Source: Octopus sinensis (Eukaryota). From it: a stretch of DNA of 64,000 nucleotides. The first letter of the stretch is position 1; every line of letters starts with the position of its first letter. The notes beneath the pieces were generated by a model. The model did no database searches. It saw only the letters and a list, made by a program, of their open reading frames with translations, and was not told the origin of the DNA. Made by a program: the position numbers and the translations under genes. This document shows, in pieces, positions 39,174 to 52,077 of the stretch. Location of the stretch: positions 1-64,000 of the forward strand of contig NW_021834346.1 in NCBI RefSeq assembly GCF_006345805.1, in the 5' to 3' direction.

Positions 39174-39599
39174 CCTTCAGCGGACAACGATCGGATTAAC
39201 ATCAATTAAATAATATTAAGTTAATTAATCTATGTATGTTCTATTTTAATAAACATTAATTTCTTTTATTAACAAACTTAAATCAAACTTGCTAAATTCA
39301 TGCCTTTTTCTACCAGCTTTGTGTCTATAATGATGAAGATTTTTAATACATACAGAAGTAAGGTAGCCATTAAAGTGGGAATGTTTGGGACTTATATTCT
39401 CTCTTTGACACTGTGGATGAATTCCTCGAAGACCCAAAGGAAGGGTGCCATCCTTGCTGTTGAAAAAGCGCGTGGTACACACCTAGAGACCATAAAAAGA
39501 TACGTGTCGACTAAGTATGGTTTGGATGATACACAGATTAATGTGAAGGAGTTGATCAAACTTCAGAGGGAATCCCTAATAAAAAAGATCAATCTAAAA

Positions 39600-39990
39600 G
39601 TTTTCCAGAAGACTCTCTTTAGCATCCTGGACAACCCAGACATCCTGGACAGGGATATCCTCACCATTCTCTCCCTCGAGTTCAACATAGTGGAAATATT
39701 TGTGGAGTGGGGTGTTGGTGGGATCAAGACCGAAGGAACTGTATGTGGAAATGCCTCTGATCTGGCTGATTCCAACAGAAAATAAAGATTATAAAGATTC
39801 ATTGTACGTGTGTCCGGTTTATAAAACACTGAAGAGAGCTGATGAATCATGTAGTGGAGGAAGGTGTAGGCACTCTGTCCATCACGGGACATCCAATCAA
39901 CTTTGTTTTCTCCATAGATCTACGTAGTTAGAAGAAGCCAGATTAATGGATAAAGCTGGGAATGGTCATGATATGCGCTCTGAACTGGCG
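39600..39990 (+). pseudogene. Axonemal dynein heavy chain C-terminal fragment (DNAH1-like)
   Basis: RPKELYVEMPLIWLIP...YVCPVYKTLKRA|GTLSITGHPINFVFSIDLRS*KKPD*WIKLGMVMICAL; 28-nt intron remnant 39842-39869 with a mutated donor; stops at 39929 and 39944. Confidence 0.85.
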
Positions 39991-39999
39991 ATACACTTC

Positions 40000-40800
40000 G
40001 CAGCTTTCCGCGATATGTTCGAGATCTTTTGCAAATTTGTTGGAAAATGTGTTAATAATATTTCCCTGAAGTTTTTTTCCAAGTGTTTTTTTATTAATTA
40101 CCTGCAGAATTCAATTTTTCATTAGGCAGTAGGTAGACTTTTACTCAAGATCAGGAAGAATTTGGAAAAGTATCAGTTCACTTTTATAAGCAGTTGATAC
40201 AAATCTTTTTCTGATTGGCTTCTTGCGAGGTAAAGCCTTTTTGTTTGCAGGTTTCAAGTGAATTCATTGATGTAAAACGATATTACATAAATTTTTTTCA
40301 ATTTGTTCAAATTTGGGTCTCAATATCGACGAACCCAGTGTAGTAGCTACAGAAGGATAATTCGTGTACATTAATGGCTTTAAATAACTTGTGAGAGTTT
40401 AATTTTGTCTTTTTTGATTCCCAAAAGACTTCGCTTTTCAATACGTGACGTTATCTTTTGCACTCAAATGTATTTCTGTGACCTGGATCGCATCAATAAA
40501 CCATAATTTTTATTATTCATCATAACTTTTGGGTACTTTGTTCAGACTTCCATTGAGAAGGTTCATTACAAATGCAAAGATTTGGGGCAATAAGGAATCA
40601 CGTTGAAGTATACCTCTTTCTATTTTGACCTCTCGATTACGTTCTGATTCGGGGTTTGCTTAATTCTCCATTTTGTGGCATGGTTCTTCACGAAATTGAC
40701 AATCCAGTGAGAAAGTTCAGTTTTTAGAGATCTCAGGAATCTTCGGCAATGCCGTGACTCAACTTCTCACTGACATTGGTAGGAGAATCTTCTCGAAAAT
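40000..40800 (-). mobile_element. R4/Dong-like LINE RT remnant
   Basis: ATKWRIK...EVKIERGILQRDSLLP resembles the RGILQGDSLSP motif of RLE-type LINEs. Confidence 0.55.
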
Positions 40801-41779
40801 ATAAATAAAATTCATATTTATTAAAATTAAAATTATTACACTATGGTTAACCTATTTTTAAAGGTATTATAACACGCTAATACATGTGGTTGGCTTAGTT
40901 TGTTACTGTTTTGTGTGTACTTTGATACATTCTTATTTAATTTGATTTGTAAGGAATAAATCTTTATAAACTTTCATTTCCTGATTACAGAATTTGAAAT
41001 TTTATCATTTATATCATTTATTTTGATTCTATTCCTTCAAATTCATTTTCTTATTATTTTGACATTTTTATATTGGTTTTTGTATACTTATGAATTTGTT
41101 TACTTCATCTTTATTCTGATTTATCTATTAACAAGAAATCTATTAAAAATAACGAAGAATCGAAAAAGATCAAATAAAACTAAAATCTATCAGTAGCAGG
41201 CATCGAGAAAAATAAAGTTTTCGATTTTCTTCGTTTTCTGGCATGTCTGGCTATATCGTAGCCCATCAAAATCACTAAAATGCTTGTTGTCGAATGTCAC
41301 AGGCCGGAATTCTTCATCACTCGTTCTTATTGGAAATTGCATTCCCATAAAGATGTAGATTGGGATATTCCGTTTAGATTATTGTGCCAAATGAATGGCG
41401 TTTCGCCTTCAAAAACAAATGACATAGCCAATTTTGCTAGCCTAAATCGTTTCATCCGAGACGATGAATCCTCCGAAAGAAGATCACAGGGATTTTCTTG
41501 AAATTCTTTGATTTTCTGTAGGGATTCTTTTGTTATTTGCACTAAACGCATTATACACACTTGATAAAATGATTAAAATTTATTCATAATTTATTAATAT
41601 TTATAGATATTTTTTCTTTTCAAATGAAATTATTATTGTTTTACGTATTTTTAATTTTTTTTGTTTACATGCGTAACGCTTCCGGCGCCGTAACGCTTCC
41701 GGACTGCGACATCGAATAATTCTCCATGACAAGAATTCGACACAACGGATGTGTTAATAACTGAATGGATCTTATTAAA

Positions 41780-42340
41780 GAGCCATATTGTCGGTGAATT
41801 CCGATCCTTACCGATTCATCGTGTGTCCTAACTTACCACAGTTGACATAGTACCTCTTCGTAGGTGGCTAGGGGCATGCCTTTCGACCATGCTCCCCACC
41901 GCAGGTCAGGCACTTCGCCTTCTCAGGACACTTCGTGCTTATGTGCCCGAAACCCTGACACCGAAAGCATTGGGTGGCTTTCGGGCGGGGAACGGACAGC
42001 ACGAAGCCTCACGTAGCCGATCCTCGTACCCAGCAGTATGAGGCGCTTGGCTTTCGCAGGAACTCCCAGCTTGACCTCCACCACTTCAAGAGGCCGGTAA
42101 CCTTGCTTGAAGCGTGCAATGGCAGAGGCATTAGGGTACTCCCGCTGCAGGTGCGCTAAAAGGTCGTTATCCTCGAAGTCCCGACGGATCCAAGGAGGAG
42201 GACTCTCACCTGCCCTACCTTGAGCTCCCCTTCGAAGCTGGAAAAGTCCTCACACTTCTCCCACCCAAGCAGGAATTGAGTGGGCTCCCTATTCAGGACT
42301 CGATACCGCCTAGATGGCTGTATCGAGCCCAGAATAGCTA
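41780..42340 (-). mobile_element. LINE ORF1 zinc-knuckle remnant (I/Jockey-like)
   Basis: QCFRCQGFGHISTKCPEKAKCLTCGGEHGRKAC...VNCGKLGH. Confidence 0.75.
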
Positions 42341-43435
42341 AAAATTTTTAATGTTTAAAGAGTTATATACATCTTTTAAAATTGGTATTTCTTTATTTGA
42401 TAGTTCTACGCACTAAAATGCGGGTACAGTGTAATTTTTAATCTTGATTCACCTTTTTTTTATTTTAACTCTGGAAGAATCTTTTTAAGCATACAAATTT
42501 TATTTTTCAACAAACACTAAAAATGATAAGAACCGCTATATTATTGGCCTTCTTCTTTCTTTTGAAAGTATAGCTTCGGCATTACAATATAGGGAACATG
42601 AATTTGCGACTTTCGCGTGATTGCATGAAGGAAAATCTGGTAACATTCAGGAGATTTCATAGTTGCTTTTCTGAAATGCATTGAGTTTTTTTTTAGTTTC
42701 GAGATTTCACGGGTATTAAAATTTTTAAATCAGCAAAGGTTTTACAAACAATTTATACATCCTTCTCGGTACTCGCAAATTAAAAAAAATTTTGGCGTAG
42801 GACACAGAGAATAGGGACTCTGGTGCTAAAGCAGTTTGTGCTTTGACTGTACGTGGTCATGACAAACCGATTTTACAATCCGTAGAGTTTGAGCACAAAA
42901 CTACTCTTTTTGATTAATTATGTGCAACTATAATTTTTTATAATCTCTCTAAGTTGCCCAACATAACTCAACACATGCATAAACAACAGTCATAACTAGA
43001 TAATCAAATGCGAAGACCGTAAGAAAAATTGATTTGTGCTAATCAATATACACCTAAAAATCTAAAATACAAGTTTCCTTATTCAAAAAGAGGCCTAGTC
43101 CTCATGTTCTCAGCTTCCTACCCTCGCTGACCGAATTTCTTTTTACACACGGGTTTTGTCAGAAAGATTTGTAAATCCGCTTAGTCGTACATTCTAAACT
43201 GCATGCTTTAATCAGATCTTATAAGAACAAGTAAAAGAATCGAGTCGTTCATTTTTTCGTGTGTTTGTTTTTCCATTAAATTTATCATTTCAGCACGAAC
43301 TTTGAACTTTTCCAATCAATATGAATAATTCTGAAAGCTTTCCATTATTTTAATCAGTTTTCCCTGACGTACAGTGTCAAGGGCTTAAGATAGATACGAT
43401 CAAGGATCACTAGAAAATATTTTCTTATTAATAAA

Positions 43436-44051
43436 TGTCACCGTCTTGAAGGGACCCCCAGGGTTGAACGGAAAATTAAGAATTAAAAAGGCAAAAGTAA
43501 ATGGCAGGCATAAATTATATGTAAAAAATAGTATTTTAATTATTTTTATAATAATTCTAATGTTTAATTTATTATTTTAGAATGGCTTGTCTAAAATTTT
43601 ATTTTTACATATCAAATTATGACATGCAATGCGACATTGTGACCTTACTCATGAGGGTTAGGGTTAGGGTAGGGTTAGGGTAGGGTTAGGGTAGGGTTAG
43701 GGTAGGGTTAGGGTAGGGTTAGGGTTAGGGTAGGGTTAGGGTAGGGGTAGGGTTAGGGGCAGGATTAGGGCTAGGTTTAGGGCAGGGTTAGGGTCAGGAT
43801 TAGGGTTAGGTTTAGGGTAGGGTTAGGATTAGGGTTAGGTAACATCTATGAAGTGGTGGAAATGGGTATAAGTGGGTTTACGATTGGTTACTTTACTTTG
43901 TTTTTAACTATATATAATTGGCTTTGTAAATTGTAATGACATTCATTTGAAATATTTATTATATTATTTATAATTAGTCTATTTATTTTTCTGAAATTAA
44001 GGCAGTACTAATGTAATCCTTCAAACTTGGGGTCGTTCGATGCCTGTGACA
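43436..44051. mobile_element. Ginger2-like non-autonomous element carrying a telomere-like tract
   Basis: TGTCAC...GTGACA termini and 5-bp TSD ATAAA; TIR and internal motifs shared with the 8516-8785 MITE. Confidence 0.87.
43654..43840 (+). repeat. Interstitial telomere-like repeat (TTAGGG/TAGGG alternating)
   Basis: About 187 bp, mostly (GGGTTAGGGTA)n, degenerating rightward (GGGC, GGATT, GGTTT variants). Confidence 0.95.
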
Positions 44052-44181
44052 ATAAATACCAATTCAATTAAAATAGATCTTTTTGATAAAATTTATCTTT
44101 CTCAGACTACCAAGACTTTCTAAAAGTAATAAATTATTAAAATTAGAATCTATCCAAATCTTTAACTAAGTTTATAAAAAA

Positions 44182-45878
44182 TATGACGGGTTGGATAATG
44201 CCTCCTCAACGTTATTTGAAAAATAAATATTTTTTCAAATTAATTTTTATTAGATTTTTTGATTTTCTTAATTGTTTTTTTAAATTAATCTTGCGTGCAG
44301 ATTTGTTTTGGTTATCAAAGTTTTTCAATTTGAAAAAATAATAAGTATAATTGATCAAATATATATTTCAGAAATGGTCTTACTCAACCTTACCAAACAT
44401 GAACTTGAAGTAATCAAAAATATTCAATTAGATATTTTTTATATGGACCGATTTCAGAAATCTAAAAAAGATACAGAAAATTACAGGACAGTTAATTTTT
44501 GAAGACGAAGGGATAGTATACATAAAATACAAAAACCAGAGGTTACGCTTTTTCTCCCAAGACGAAAAGGAACTTAAACTAAAAACTATCGAGATGATCG
44601 TTACATAATTATTATAGAATGAATATATGAGGACACATTTTGGAAGAGAAAAGTTGCTTTCGATACTGAGAAAGGAAGTTTATGCAGTAACCTGATACGA
44701 AATTACTGCTGTGATCTCAAAATGCGTTCACTGTCAGGTGCATATGTATTGAATTATTTTTAGTCAAAAAAGTTGATGGCCACTAAGCCAACAATAACTC
44801 CTATTATTGCAAGAGGGCCTAAAGATCGCTATATTGCAGATTTAGTGGATTTAAGAAGGTATGCTAGCCTTAATAGCGAGAATGGATGGGTATTTCTTTT
44901 TGTATAAATTGTAGTTGGTTGTGATTATAGATTCATTTTCCAAATTCGCAGCTGTAAAACTTGCCAAACGGAAATCAGCGGAGGAAATTACTAGAAAATT
45001 AAAGAATATTTTTTACATGATTGGTCCCCGATACAGACGGATAATGGGAAAGAATACACAAAATCATACACATAAGTGGACACCATAAAGCTCCATGGAT
45101 TCAGGGTCAAGTAGAAAGGCAAGTTATTTATACATTTATCTTTAGATTCAATCACTCGATCAAAAGGTGGATTAGCACCACTAGTGCTTCAAATGGGTCT
45201 TTTATCAAGAAATCATTTAAAAATATAACATGGCAAAGCATAAAACGACAAAGACGACACTTTTTGAAATTTTTCAATCGAAGATAATTGGATCCGATTA
45301 TTTCGAAAACGAGGACGATTGTTTGAATCAACAGTGTATATGAAAGCCATCTTTTCGCCGGAGAAAAAATGAAAAGGAGGCGGAAATGGAAATTTGATGA
45401 AGATTTAGCCGTAGGAGATAATTTCCTACTCAGACACGATATTGATGCAAATCCGAATAATCGAAAATACCCCTTGTATGATCAGATCGATTCAACTATA
45501 TACCAAATATTCGAAGTTGATAAAGACACGTGCGCACTTAAAGATGAATGACGATTCATTCAAACATGTACACAAAAGTGGTTTAAGAAAATATGACTCT
45601 CATATAAATTTTAAATAATAAAAATTCACGAATTTTTAATATTTGTTTTTAAATGGTAGACTTAATAAATGTATAATTATAATAGAATACGTTATTGATT
45701 CGGAAAAATTGGTGATTTCGGTTCTGCCGATTCTTGGTAAAATTCGTTCAATGAAAAAAATTCATAAAAACTTGAATAAATCGACTTAATCCATTATCAA
45801 GTTATTTTTAATTAATTATCAGGTTATTTTTGTTTGATTTTAATAAAATTTTAAAGAAGTATTATCCAACCCGTGACA
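44182..45878 (+). mobile_element. Ginger2-like DNA transposon C with three tiny introns
   Basis: Right TIR ATTATCCAACCCGTGACA and degenerate left TIR; integrase HHCC, IADLVD, IID, QTDNG, QGQVERFN; introns 44738-44763, 44890-44914 and 45119-45145 (GC-AG). Confidence 0.85.
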
Positions 45879-46437
45879 AGAAATCTTACATTTTTGACTA
45901 ACCATTAATTTTCTGGAGCGGTTTCTTAAATTAAAGAAGTAGCTCCAGAATGTTTTAGCAGTCACTGTAAGACTTTCTAGAAGTAATACATTATCAAAAT
46001 TAGAATCTCTCCAAATCTTTGACTAAGTTTATTACGAAATCTTACATTTTTGACTAACCATTAAATACTTATAGTCTGACTTATTCTTTTAAATGGGAAT
46101 TTCTGGGCTTTCATAATCTTTCTCACATCAACAGTCCAGTGTAATCAAGAACCCTATCCCTTGATCTCTAAAAACATTTGATTATCTGAATTCAAAATCA
46201 ACATATTTTAGGCTTTTCTTGGCCTTTATAAAAATCGAACCCGGACCTCTTGGTTACTGAACTTCAATTGATAAAAAGAAATCTTTTAATTTATCGAATG
46301 GGAATTCTGTTAACAACTTACAATTAATGTCGAAATAATAAAATTGATCCATAAAATTAATAATGTTTTAATTAGTATTTTTGAAATAAATTTTGGTTTC
46401 CAATGACAGTTTTATTAATTTTTTGAACAAATATTAA

Positions 46438-48885
46438 ATGGCAAAAGTAAAAAAATATCGAAGTCTTGAATCCGAAACATTTAATAAACTTGAAGAAGAA
46501 TCAACGCAGGAAATCTTCGAGACACCAACTCAGGACGAAATCATCTCAGAAAATTCTAACAAAATTGAGGAAGCTTCTCCTCTTATTTCCTTACTCATCA
46601 AAGAGTATTCCTCAACAATCATTATTAGTTATGACGGATTCGAAGATGGATTCCTTGAAGGATTTGGAAAAGTTTTTTACACGGATGGGCATGTCTACGA
46701 AGTTTCAGAGAACTAACATTTAATCATAGGGGACCTTCATCAACGGTCAAATGGAAGGAAAGGGAACTTTAGTTTGGCCAGATGGGGTCACCTACGAGGT
46801 TTAATGAATTTCTAATAACATCAGGGAGATTTTAAAATGAACGAAATGACAGGAATTGGAAAATATACATGGCCTAACAACAAGTTTAATTCAAATCAAG
46901 AAATGTCCCTTTTAGTGTGTACGAAGGACAGGTCATCGGAGGAAAGAGAAACGGAGAAGGGAAATTCACATATGCGGATGGGTCGTGGTATTTGGGAGGC
47001 TGGCTCAACGGGAAGAAACATGGAATTGTTGACTTTTTCAAAAGAAAACGATAAATAGGGGCAGTTAAAACATGGAAATGAAGAATACGACGGAATGTGG
47101 AATGATGACTTACCACATGGTTACGGAATCCGTAAATATAGCAACGGAGATTGTTATCAAGGCTATTTTATTCACGGATTTCGTCATGGAAAAGGAAAAA
47201 TGATTTGGAAAACTCAAAAACAGACTTATTTTGGCGATTGGAAACATAATTTGATGGTTTCTATAATTTTATATTGTTAGAATGGAAAAGGAGCCCATAT
47301 TTGGTACCTTGGAAACACACAACGGAAAGTAACACACAATAAATATGTTGGAGGATTCTTAGCTGGTCTAAAAAGTGGTTTTGGAATTCTGTATTATGCG
47401 GACGGAGCAGTATTTGAAGGACATTTTTTAAACGACAAAAAAAATGGAAAAGTTAAACATTAAATGTGACTTCTTAGGGGAAGATAACCTTCAAAAATGG
47501 ACGGTATTTTGACGGTGAATTCACAGATGACCAACTCCTCAACATTTCACTTGTACCGGCTGATCTCGTGGGAGAGATATCCCAACGAGTAGTGGACGCC
47601 AAAAATCCACTTCCGCTAAGTTTTTATAAAGTTAACAAATTTAAGTAAATTCTGATTTTAATGAAAAATTGTCGACAATTTCTCTACATTTTAACATTCC
47701 CATTTTAGAAGAACTTTTGGAGTCAGTTTTCAACGACAAACATGTCCTCAAGTCGGTAAGTATTTCAAATATATTCAGATCCTTCACGTGATTACGCGGC
47801 ATTTAAAAATTCTTGGCGACATATTCCAGTCCTATGGTCGCCTCGGTCTATTAGACAGTCAAGAGGGGACTTTCATGTGCCGCAGATACCAGTTTTGGCA
47901 ATTAATGAAAGACTGCGAATTTGATAGTCCCGTTTTATCATTAGCAGATTTGGCAATGGCAGTTTATTCAGGTTTTTTGATTTTATGCTTAAAAGTTTAG
48001 AATCTCAAGATAAGGAGGCTATTGTAGATCCCTGGGACGAAATAATATTTCAGACTTTCATTTCCTATATTGTGATTCTCGCTCAAAAAATTATTAATGA
48101 CGAAAATATGTTTTTTAATATTTTTTTATTTTCTGAGACCCTGTGAAACGAGTACGACTGTTGATTGAAACTAAAATAATTCCAAACGCATTTAAATCTT
48201 TCAAAAAAGGCATTTTAATAATATTTATGTTTTAGGAACAATTTTTAAAAATCAAAAAACAGTCGAAAATGTATTTCAACATTTTGAAGCAACGTCTTTG
48301 ATATATAAACAAGATTTTCTCAAGGTTTACTCTTAAACTCTCCAAGTTGTTTTAGAATGGGTCCGATTTTAAAACAAGTCGAGATTTTTTAATATTTATT
48401 AAAGTGAGTTGTTTTTGAATGTTTTTAGAACTTGAATTTGTTTAAAAGTGGTTTTACAGCAATCAATGTTTTGAGTGTCATGGCCGAGTATGACCCATTT
48501 CTGGTGGACAGTCACAACCATTATTCGCTTGAAAGAACTGTGGGTCATCGAAATAAAATTTTAGATCACATTTCTTGAATTTTTTGAGTTTCTTGTGGGA
48601 TTTTCGGAAATTTATGTTACACAGGAAGTCTTAGACCAATCAATGTCCAGTAAAATGTCGGGGATATCATTAGAGGTAGTTATAGTAGTTTTGGATTAGT
48701 TAAAGATTGAAAATTTTGATAAATTTCAAAATTTGGAAATTGACGTTCCTAAAAAAGAGGAGGTGGATGAAGAAACTGAGAAATTTAACTTTTGGACACA
48801 TCAACTTCATTTTTTCTTTATGAATGTTTTTTATCCTGCGACAGAAAACTTTTCTCGCATCAGAAAAAATGCACGTGATCTCTAA
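46438..48885 (+). CDS. RSPH10B: Radial spoke head 10 homolog B-like MORN-repeat protein, about 16 exons
   Basis: MORN repeats (YEGTFINGQMEGKG; YQGYFIHGFRHGKG) then QFWQLMKDC and ITFLEFFEFLVGFSEIYVT; about 15 introns of 23-32 nt; the junction near 48110-48140 could not be put in frame. Confidence 0.8.
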
Positions 48886-49598
48886 CTGGTGTTACCACTA
48901 TAATTAATAGATATTAATATTTATTTTAACAATTTAATTAATAGATATTAACTTTTTATTATAAAAATTAATTAATATTATGATCTTTAATTAAAAAAAA
49001 ATTTTACCAAATAATGTAAAAAAAGTTATAAATCTTTAAAAGTAGACTGTCTTTGTTGACTCATGGTAGACTTACCCATAAGGAATTAGGTGCAAGGACT
49101 TCAGAGTTTGAAACAATTCTTCCAAAAATTGTTTTTGACTAAAATGCAGACCTTTAAAGAATATTTTTATAACTTTGGGTATAATTAAATATTTTAAATT
49201 ACAGTTGAAATCTGTTTTTATTTTTCTATGCTATTGTTTTAGTTTTTATAACCGAAAAAAACCTTAGCTCGGAATCGGATTATTCCCTTTGGGGCCTAAA
49301 TGGAAAGGTCACTTGAGACCGGTATGATCACCACCGTTTAGTCTTTATAAAGTAAGAGTACTCTTTGGAATTAGTCATCCTATATGACTTGTATATGCAG
49401 TCTAAAAAAGGGGTTTTTTGATATAAGAAAAAAATTAACGTTTTGTTATCTTAAAACCAAAAAGATATTCATTTTGAATTTCATTTAACAATTGGCGTGC
49501 TCCGCAGAAACTGTCATTCAGTATGCACTGCGGCGTCGTTAAGTTAGCACTTAGACTCTCGACTACTCTCAATCACCAACCCTTGCCAGCATCTAACT

Positions 49599-50128
49599 CA
49601 GCGGTTCTCAAATGCGGCCCAGGATTTTTTTTCCGGCCCCTCTAGAGTAACTAACTTTTTTAATTTTTTAATAATGTTTAAATTTAATTATTCATTCTTA
49701 AGGTTAAACATATCCATAATTGGTGATTTCATTAATCAATTTGAAGCACGTTTTGGGGTACATTTATATAAATTTAATTTTTAGAATTTTAAAGAATTCC
49801 TTCCTTTAATGAAAATATTCGCAACTCCGTTCAGCGTGGAAATTAAGGATGCGCCTGCAAAGTTTCAACTAGAACTCATAGTTTACAACATGATATAGAA
49901 CTGGCGGCATTGTTCAAAAATGCGTCCATTATTAATTTTTACGAATTAATTCCTCAAGACAAATTCAAAAATATAACACACAATGCATATATGAATCTAC
50001 ATATTTATGCGAATCAATATTTAGTAAAATGGAAAATATAAAAATATATAAAATATTTTTTGTGCGGCCCGCGAAGCTAATCTTAATTATCGATTTGGCC
50101 CTTGAGCTAAAAAAATTGAGAACCCCTG
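49599..50128 (+). mobile_element. Non-autonomous hAT (Charlie/Buster-like)
   Basis: TIRs CAGCGGTTCTCAA / TTGAGAACCCCTG; perfect 8-bp TSD ATCTAACT. Confidence 0.92.
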
Positions 50129-50339
50129 ATCTAACTTTATTAACTTTATAAAATTTTCTTAATTAAATTAGAAACCATCACTTTAAATTTATCGAATATT
50201 TTGAAACATAGGCCATAACACTCATTCCTCCTTATCTAATCTCTTTATATCATCATATTGAATTTTTAAATAGAATAAAATAATTACAAATTATCATAAT
50301 TGATGATTCTATGATTATAAGTAAAAAAATATTTATGCT

Positions 50340-50655
50340 GATTAAAAAATAATTATCTTTATGTAAAAACAACATTACCCCAACTCCGCTTGACCAACTT
50401 ATTAAGAAAGATGGAAAGGGTTTCTTGGCCCTCCAACAAGACCACCTGCCAAAAGACTACAACAATAAGAAGCACATCACCCCAATCCAATTCCTCAAAA
50501 AAACTGCTCCCCGCCCGTCCCGCACTTGCGTTGGGTCCAGAGTCCAACATCGAGAAAAGCTGAGAAAGATTTTGAGGATTGTTGGAATCACCTAATTAAT
50601 TACCCTAATTAACTGTTGGTGATTCTTGGGTTAAAATAATAATAATAAATAACAA
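50340..50655 (+). mobile_element. LINE 3' end with (TAA)n tail
   Basis: ...HREKLRKILRIVGIT*, short UTR, AATAATAATAA. Confidence 0.65.
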
Positions 50656-51319
50656 TTTAATATGCTTTTGAACATCAACTAACTTGACCGTGAATATATC
50701 CAATAATTTGTCAAATCTAAAAAGAAAATATGTTCAACATGGTGTACTTTTGAAGAAAAAATGTTCCATTCATTTGATATAAGTCAATGTAAATGGGCTA
50801 TGGCATATTTCGTGTCATAAAAGTGAATAAGCTAACAAATAATCATCTTTTGAATAATGCAAATGAAAATTATCGGCAAACTTAAATCAAATGATAATGA
50901 ATAATCGTGGATTTAGTAACCACATAAAACGATTAGTGTAAATTATGACATCCACAAATTGACACAGCATTATATTTTTTGGTCAAGTGAGTTTTCAAGG
51001 AAGTCTTGCACTGTTTGCTAATTCTGGGTACTCATTATAATTTATTCAACTTCCGCTTATTCAGTGGAAAATTAGAAAGTTAAGAATACAGCACTGAGAA
51101 TCTAATTATAAGAGAAAAGTGAAGTTTGACACTCGAAAATAAGTGTATTTTTATCAAAATGTATAAATAAAATAAAATTTTTGTGATTTATGGCGTAAAT
51201 AGGACATGTTTTATAAACGAAAAGATCGTATTTTATTGAATTTTCACTTGAAATTGTCTGTTTTTGATTGTATTGAATAATTCTCGGCAATTTTAATATT
51301 ATTTTTGACTTAAACTCAA

Positions 51320-52077
51320 ATGAATTCAAAACAGTCTGACATCTTAGAGTCAGAAATTGGAAATAGTAAAGACAACATTAAAAAACAAATCAAAGAGTGA
51401 CAGATTTAATAATTTTTCTAGACATCATTTATTCGATAATTTAAAAACTATGTTAAATGCATTGGAATCAATGAAATCCTCGAAATCTGACCTTTACGAA
51501 ATATCAAAATCTTTAATTGATGTATGCCAAAAGACATCTCAAGGATCATCCGAAATTGATAACTTTGTATTTGTGATATTTTTACATCTTTTTAGATGAT
51601 AACAGCAATTGGTTCGTTTTGGTGCCAACTTGTGGAGTTGAACAAAGTTGGGAACTACATTTCAAAATTTAATCAGCTCAATGTTGATTATTATAAAAAT
51701 GAACTAAAAAATAACATTGTTAGAACCACAAATTGTACGAACATGGTTCGATACTTGATCACGTCAATTTAAATAGGACAATAAATTCAAATCTTTGAAA
51801 AAGAAAAGCAGAAAAAAAAATCTTTCAAAAAAGATAACGACACAACTTCGTTTTTGGTTGTTTAGACATGCTGAGGTTGAAGTCCGTCATAAATTATTGC
51901 AGCATCCGTATCCATCCGAAAAGGAAAAGGCAGATCTCTGCAAGAAGACTAATTTGACAAACGAACAACTGAATAACTGGTTTCTCTCAGAAAAAGAATT
52001 TAAGGTTTATTAATGCCAGGAGGAGACTATTGCTTCAAAATTATATAAGGAAATATAAAAAAGTACATCTTATGTAA
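51320..52077 (+). CDS. Meis/PKNOX-type TALE homeobox protein, 6 exons, 206 aa
   Basis: Introns of 25, 29, 31, 27, 25 nt leave 207 codons. MEINOX-like EIDNF|MITAIGSFWCQLVELNKV; homeodomain LRFWLFRHAE|HPYPSEKEK...LNNW|FINARRR. Confidence 0.92.

Noticed and set aside
39929-39946. Reassigned genetic code (TAA/TAG as sense), suggested by in-frame TAR here and at 3036-3173
   Set aside because: Intact host genes have no internal TAR, and two end in TAA (48885, 52077); pseudogene decay explains it.
43654-43840. True chromosome end or end-to-end fusion
   Set aside because: Single orientation, internal to a TSD-bounded element, with no inverted CCCTAA arm.
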